Assembly (NCBI RefSeq): GCF_000341395.1
Contig: NC_020304.1
Span: 3,630,001-3,662,000 of the forward strand
Length of the DNA: 32,000 nucleotides
Origin: Desulfocapsa sulfexigens DSM 10523
GTDB taxonomy: Bacteria > Desulfobacterota > Desulfobulbia > Desulfobulbales > Desulfocapsaceae
Direction of reading: 5' to 3'
The position numbers and the translations under genes were made by a program. A model generated the notes under the pieces. The model was not told the origin of the DNA, made no database searches, and was given only the letters and a program-made list of their open reading frames with translations. Shown piece by piece: positions 27,943 to 32,000 of the stretch; positions within the stretch are counted from its first letter, which is position 1; each line of letters starts with the position of its first letter.

Positions 27943-28093
27943 CCTCTTGTCGATATGTTACTTTTCGGTAAATAAAAAAAAACCATACGCTGTCTCGGCT
28001 ATATACAAACCCTGTACAATGCGGAACAGTGATCTCCTCCTGTAAGCTACTTTCCAGAGTAGCTGTGTCACGTGACTGTGACATTGGTAGCAC

Positions 28094-28109
28094 TGGCATT
28101 AGTCTTGCC
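28094..28109 (+). promoter_or_regulatory. Putative sigma54 (-24/-12) promoter for the regulator-tupABC operon
   Basis: TGGCAT-N5-TTGCC (GG-N10-GC spacing), 5 of 6 matches to the TGGCAC half and full match to the TTGC half; ~230 bp upstream of the likely regulator start. Confidence 0.45.
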
Positions 28110-28340
28110 GTCGCCAGACAAGCAAAAATGTGGCAACAGACGGATAAATTGTCCAAATACAGTTGCCATCATTAAGTCATCCTCTCAGGATATGAAAAAA
28201 AGATGCACAGCCAATTCAATATCCATATTTGTCACTTTTGGTTATTGTAGGTTTATATGAGTTTTTTTCTACCATTCATTGGTGTTATCGGACCTGAAGG
28301 TGTAATCAGTAACAACAACCAAAAGGGGGCTCCAGTAAGC

Positions 28341-29273
28341 ATGAAAACAGTTTCAAAATTCCTCACCACAAAAGACGTGGCCCAGCTTCTCAATGTAAAC
28401 GAGAAGATGATCTACTCCCTTGTTAACGACAAGGGGCTCCCGGCAACAAAAGTTACTGGAAAATGGTTATTTCCAAGAAGACTTGTGGAAGATTGGCTCG
28501 ATTCACATATCCTTAACTTTAGGTGCTCACACGACACCCTCTCATCCAATAACGGCCTCTTACTTCTTGCCGGAAGCGACGACCCGCTTTTCCAGAAAAC
28601 GCTTTCCCTTTTTCATAAAAAATACAGTGATACTATTGCCTTTTTTGCAAATCAGGGAAGCATGGGTGGTCTCACCAGCCTGAGAAGAGGTCTCTGCCAC
28701 ATCGGTGTTTGCCATCTCCTCGAAAATGAAGAGAATGAGTACAACTTCAGTTTTGCCGAGCAGGAGCTGGACAAGCCCCCGGTTTTTGTCAATTTCAGTA
28801 AACGTGAACAGGGTATCCTCATCCAAAAAGGAAACCCTAAGGGTATTCAATCAATCAATGATTTCTCCAGAAATGACGTCAGAATCGTTAACCGCCCCTT
28901 AAGCACAGGAACAAGACTGCTCCTCGACTATGAGATTTCCAGGTCAGATATCGCTTCAGCTGATATTGATGGCTACGATGTAGAACTCGCACGCCACATA
29001 GATGCTGGGCTTGAGGTTTTGTCAGGAAGGGCAGATGCAGCCCCTGCCATCCGCGCTGTTGCTGGCATGCTGGGGCTTGATTTTATCCCTCTGCGCTGGG
29101 AACGATTTGACTTGCTAATAAATCGAGAACGATTCTTTGAAAAAGGTATTCAACGCTTCATCAGCCTTCTGCATGAAAGGGAGTTCCGTCAATTGGCCAA
29201 TTCCTTTGAAGGCTATGACGTATCGCTTTGTGGAAAAATGCTTTTCCCGGACAATCTTAACAACGAGGAATGA
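28341..29273 (+). CDS. HTH (excisionase/MerR-like) DNA-binding protein with C-terminal periplasmic-binding-protein-like domain
   Basis: ORF 28257..29273; start at 28341 (MKTVSKFLTTKDVAQLLNVNEKMIYSLVNDKGLPATKVTGKWLFPRRLVEDWL) fits the domain better. The C-terminal part (LLLAGSDDPLFQKTLSLFHKKYSD...GSMGGLTSLRRG...NRPLSTGTRLLLDYEI...AAPAIRAVAGMLGLDFIPLRWERFDLLI) matches the PBP-like domain. Confidence 0.88.
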   Translation: MKTVSKFLTTKDVAQLLNVNEKMIYSLVNDKGLPATKVTGKWLFPRRLVEDWLDSHILNFRCSHDTLSSNNGLLLLAGSDDPLFQKTLSLFHKKYSDTIAFFANQGSMGGLTSLRRGLCHIGVCHLLENEENEYNFSFAEQELDKPPVFVNFSKREQGILIQKGNPKGIQSINDFSRNDVRIVNRPLSTGTRLLLDYEISRSDIASADIDGYDVELARHIDAGLEVLSGRADAAPAIRAVAGMLGLDFIPLRWERFDLLINRERFFEKGIQRFISLLHEREFRQLANSFEGYDVSLCGKMLFPDNLNNEE

Positions 29274-30172
29274 AAATGGTATCACGAATCACAGCATTTG
29301 CAGGGGTCTTAGTTCTCTTATTTGCTATTAACTCAAACAGTATGGCTGAGGACAAGATTTTAAAGATGTCCACCACTACAAGTACCCAGTCATCAGGGCT
29401 TTTAGATATCCTTTTACCTGAATTTGAAAAAGCAACAGGCATAAAAGTGAAGGTTATCGCCAAAGGAACAGGGGCAGCCATACGTGATGGTGAGGATGGT
29501 AATGTGGATATTATCTTTGTCCATGCCAAGGGACGTGAGCTTGCCTTTGTTAAAGATGGCTTCGGCACTGAACGCTTTCCGGTAATGCATAATGATTTTG
29601 TGCTGTTAGGTTCATCAAAAGATCCGGCAGGGATTAAAGATTTTGCTGATATCGCAACTGTTTTTAAAACCATTGCTGAGAAAAAAGCGACCTTCGTCTC
29701 CAGGGGAGACGATTCAGGGACCCATACTAAAGAGCAGAAGCTCTGGGCTGACAGTGGCATTACAATGGTTGAAAAGACCCAAAGCATCGTAAAAAAAGGC
29801 CAGGAGACAAAAATTACTTCCAACTTTCCAGCAGACTCGGCAAGCTGGTATCTTTCCATTGGCCAGGGAATGGGTAAAGTACTCACCTACGCTGAAGAAA
29901 AACAGGCCTACACCCTCTCTGATCGGGGAACTTATATCAAATACAAATACGGCAAAACCCCCGCTCTTGAACTTGATATCCTGAGCCAGGGTGATACAAG
30001 ACTTGCAAACCCTTATGGTATCATCCCGGTTAACCCGGCAAAACACCCCCATGTAAAAAACGATCTGGCCATGGCTTTTGTTGAATGGATCACCGGACCA
30101 GAAGGACAAAAACTTATCGGTGACTATCGTCTCGAAGGAAAACAGCTTTTCTTCCCCGATGCCATCAAATAG
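29270..30172 (+). CDS. tupA: Tungstate ABC transporter substrate-binding protein
   Basis: 300-aa ORF: signal peptide, ILKMSTTTSTQSSGLLDILLPEFEKATGIKVKVIAKGTGAAIRDGEDGNVDIIFVHAKGRELAFVKDGFG...VMHNDFVLLGSSKDPAGI...SRGDDSGTHTKEQKLW. ATGA overlap with the regulator gene. Confidence 0.93.
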   Translation: MKMVSRITAFAGVLVLLFAINSNSMAEDKILKMSTTTSTQSSGLLDILLPEFEKATGIKVKVIAKGTGAAIRDGEDGNVDIIFVHAKGRELAFVKDGFGTERFPVMHNDFVLLGSSKDPAGIKDFADIATVFKTIAEKKATFVSRGDDSGTHTKEQKLWADSGITMVEKTQSIVKKGQETKITSNFPADSASWYLSIGQGMGKVLTYAEEKQAYTLSDRGTYIKYKYGKTPALELDILSQGDTRLANPYGIIPVNPAKHPHVKNDLAMAFVEWITGPEGQKLIGDYRLEGKQLFFPDAIK

Positions 30173-30200
30173 AAAAACCTTGCATCATCTCTAAAAATAA

Positions 30201-30233
30201 GGGAGAAGTGATGTTTTGCTTCTCCCTTTTTTT
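30201..30233 (+). terminator. Intrinsic terminator between tupA and tupB
   Basis: GGGAGAAG (30201-30208) - 10-nt loop - CTTCTCCC (30219-30226) followed by seven T (30227-30233). Confidence 0.85.
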
Positions 30234-30331
30234 ATAGGAACCAGGGGCCTGCAAGTACTGTTTTACCCCCTATGCTTTACCTAATAAACAGCAGTTTACT
30301 ATTGTTTTCTATCCCATCACAAAAGAACTGA

Positions 30332-31036
30332 ATGGATCTCCTCTTTGACAGTATACAATCTGCAATTGCCCTTCTTCTGACGCGTGACCCTGAGTTACTC
30401 AACATAGTCTGGGTATCCGTGAAAGTCAGTGCTTTATCCACGGTTATAGCCTCACTTGCAGGTATTCCCGGAGGATTCCTCATTGCCTATTCCGAGTTTT
30501 ATGGAAAACGGCTGCTCCTTACTTGCCTTAACACCTTACTGGCACTTCCTACGGTGGTTATAGGTCTTCTGGTCTACTCCTTTATTTCACGGCGTGGAAT
30601 ACTCGGACCAATGGAACTTCTCTATACCCAGAAAGCCATAATTATCGGCCAGGTCATTTTAATTGTCCCCCTTATCTGCTCCTTAACCATTGCAGCTATC
30701 AGCAGGATAGATACCCGCTATCGAAAGACAGCTCTCACCCTTGGGGCAACACAAAAGCAGATGGCCCTGGTGATCATTAAAGAAGCCCGTTATGGCATTG
30801 GCGCTGCTGTTATTGCTGCATTTGGTAGAGTCATAGCCGAAGTTGGAATCAGCATGATGCTTGGAGGAAATGCCAAAGGCTTTACCCGCACCATGACTAC
30901 AGCCATGGCCCTTGAATATGACAAAGGTGAATTTGTCCTGTCCGTGGCCCTTGGTCTTACACTCATGAGCATAGCTTTTGCAGTAAATATGCTCTTCCAT
31001 TTTTTTCAGGGAAGGACCAGGGTCGATGCTGTATAA
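30332..31036 (+). CDS. tupB: Tungstate ABC transporter permease
   Basis: 234-aa polytopic ORF with EAA-type loop IIKEARYGIGAAVIAAFGRVIAEVGISMMLGGNAKGFTRTMTTAMALEYDKGEF; follows tupA. Confidence 0.92.
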   Translation: MDLLFDSIQSAIALLLTRDPELLNIVWVSVKVSALSTVIASLAGIPGGFLIAYSEFYGKRLLLTCLNTLLALPTVVIGLLVYSFISRRGILGPMELLYTQKAIIIGQVILIVPLICSLTIAAISRIDTRYRKTALTLGATQKQMALVIIKEARYGIGAAVIAAFGRVIAEVGISMMLGGNAKGFTRTMTTAMALEYDKGEFVLSVALGLTLMSIAFAVNMLFHFFQGRTRVDAV

Positions 31037-32000
31037 AATCCGTAAAATGACAAAGACTTTTAAGAATCGGACGATATTAAATCTTGAACAACTCGATATC
31101 GAGAAGGGAAAGATCTATGCTCTCGTTGGTGCAAATGGCGCTGGAAAGACAACCCTTCTCAACATCCTGTCATTTCTCGACAAACCCCATACAGGACAGC
31201 TTGATTTTTGTGGAGAACCGGTTCTGTACGGCAACCACCAACTCCTGAAACTCAGACGCAAGGTTGTCCTCCTTGACCAATACCCCATACTCTTCACAGG
31301 ACCAGTATGGAAAAATATAGAATTTGGCCTCAAGGTCCGATCCATTCCCAGAGCGCAATGCAAAAAACGTGTTGAGGAAGTCCTCAATCTTGTTGGGATG
31401 GGGGATTTTTTCCATGCAGAAGGTCATAAACTTTCCGGTGGAGAGACCAAACGAGTAGCTTTGGCCAGAGCACTGGCAATAGAGCCTGAAGTACTCCTCT
31501 GTGATGAACCAACAGCAAATGTGGACGCTGAAAATCAGGCAATCATCCTGAACATTTTACAGCAGATTAACTCTGAGCAAAAAACTTCGATTATCTTTGC
31601 CACTCACTACCTCTCCCAGATGCGAAGGCTGGCCAGCCATACCCTTACCCTGGAACATGGCCATCTCTCACAGCAAAAGAAAGAAAATAGCTATACCTGT
31701 ACCGTGATAACCAGAAAAGAGAATGGACTGCTCTGTTATCTCAATGACGCAGTTTCTCTTTTTTTTGCCGGGAATAGTCATCCAGAAGTAGAAAAAGGTA
31801 CAAAAATCCACATAGACCCACTCAGAATTTCCATTGGTAAATCAAAAAACAGTCTTGCAGAAAACACACTGCGGGGAGTTGTCGTTAAGATTGAACAAAA
31901 TAACACTCTCATTCGAATTGACATGGATTGTGGTTTACGAATACGTGTTGTACTGACAAAAGACGAATACCGTGACCTTCAGCCACAGGTAGGTGAGAAA
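31026..32000 (+). CDS. tupC: Tungstate ABC transporter ATP-binding protein, truncated by the window edge
   Basis: Open frame of 325 codons to the end of the window, absent from the supplied ORF track because there is no stop. ATG at 31026 overlaps tupB: MLYKIRKMTKTFKNRTILNLEQLDIEKGKIYALVGANGAGKTTLLNILSFLD (Walker A), HKLSGGETKRVALARALAIEPEVLLCDEPTANVD (signature/Walker B), with a C-terminal TOBE-like extension. Confidence 0.92.
   Translation, partial: MLYKIRKMTKTFKNRTILNLEQLDIEKGKIYALVGANGAGKTTLLNILSFLDKPHTGQLDFCGEPVLYGNHQLLKLRRKVVLLDQYPILFTGPVWKNIEFGLKVRSIPRAQCKKRVEEVLNLVGMGDFFHAEGHKLSGGETKRVALARALAIEPEVLLCDEPTANVDAENQAIILNILQQINSEQKTSIIFATHYLSQMRRLASHTLTLEHGHLSQQKKENSYTCTVITRKENGLLCYLNDAVSLFFAGNSHPEVEKGTKIHIDPLRISIGKSKNSLAENTLRGVVVKIEQNNTLIRIDMDCGLRIRVVLTKDEYRDLQPQVGEK

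Noticed and set aside
27926-28156. 76-aa minus-strand ORF in the nap/tup intergenic region
   Set aside because: No RBS or domain; it overlaps the palindromes and the sigma54-like element, so it is more likely regulatory DNA.
29257-29886. 209-aa minus-strand ORF and 29714..30109 131-aa ORF
   Set aside because: Antisense to tupA, which has strong family motifs and an ATGA junction with the regulator.
1-32000. CRISPR arrays, transposases, integrases, toxin-antitoxin pairs, tRNA/rRNA genes
   Set aside because: Looked for regular repeats, tRNA-like cloverleafs and mobile-element or defence motifs in ORFs and gaps; nothing supportable was seen by eye. tRNAscan-SE, Infernal and PADLOC/DefenseFinder would be needed to confirm.

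Overview
The window is 32 kb of chromosomal sequence that looks deltaproteobacterial (Desulfobulbales-like by gene content and families; inference only). It contains about 25 credible protein genes and no tRNA, rRNA, CRISPR or mobile element that I could recognise. Left part: succinate dehydrogenase/fumarate reductase A and B subunits, a hypothetical protein, a geranylgeranyl-reductase-family flavoprotein, a small membrane-anchored two-CxxCH protein, aminopeptidase N, LL-diaminopimelate aminotransferase, IspH, an iron-dependent alcohol dehydrogenase with a TAXI-TRAP transporter, and an envelope-spanning three-gene set (MMPL/RND protein, LolA-like protein, outer-membrane beta-barrel). After that come RarD and a small secreted protein. 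Right part, the most interesting region: a periplasmic nitrate reductase operon on the minus strand, napD-napA-(four-CxxCH NapB-like)-(four-CxxCH cytochrome)-NrfC-like-NrfD-like-CBS-HPP. It has no napC, napG or napH. It is divergent from a Mo/W-related locus (HTH/PBP-like regulator followed by tupABC). The intergenic region between the two holds a perfect 20-bp palindrome with a second related site 32 bp away, a sigma54-like -24/-12 element and possible leader hairpins. I found no clearly new defence or mobile system. The best candidates for novelty are the nap variant architecture, the duplicated NapB-like protein, and the nap/tup intergenic control region.
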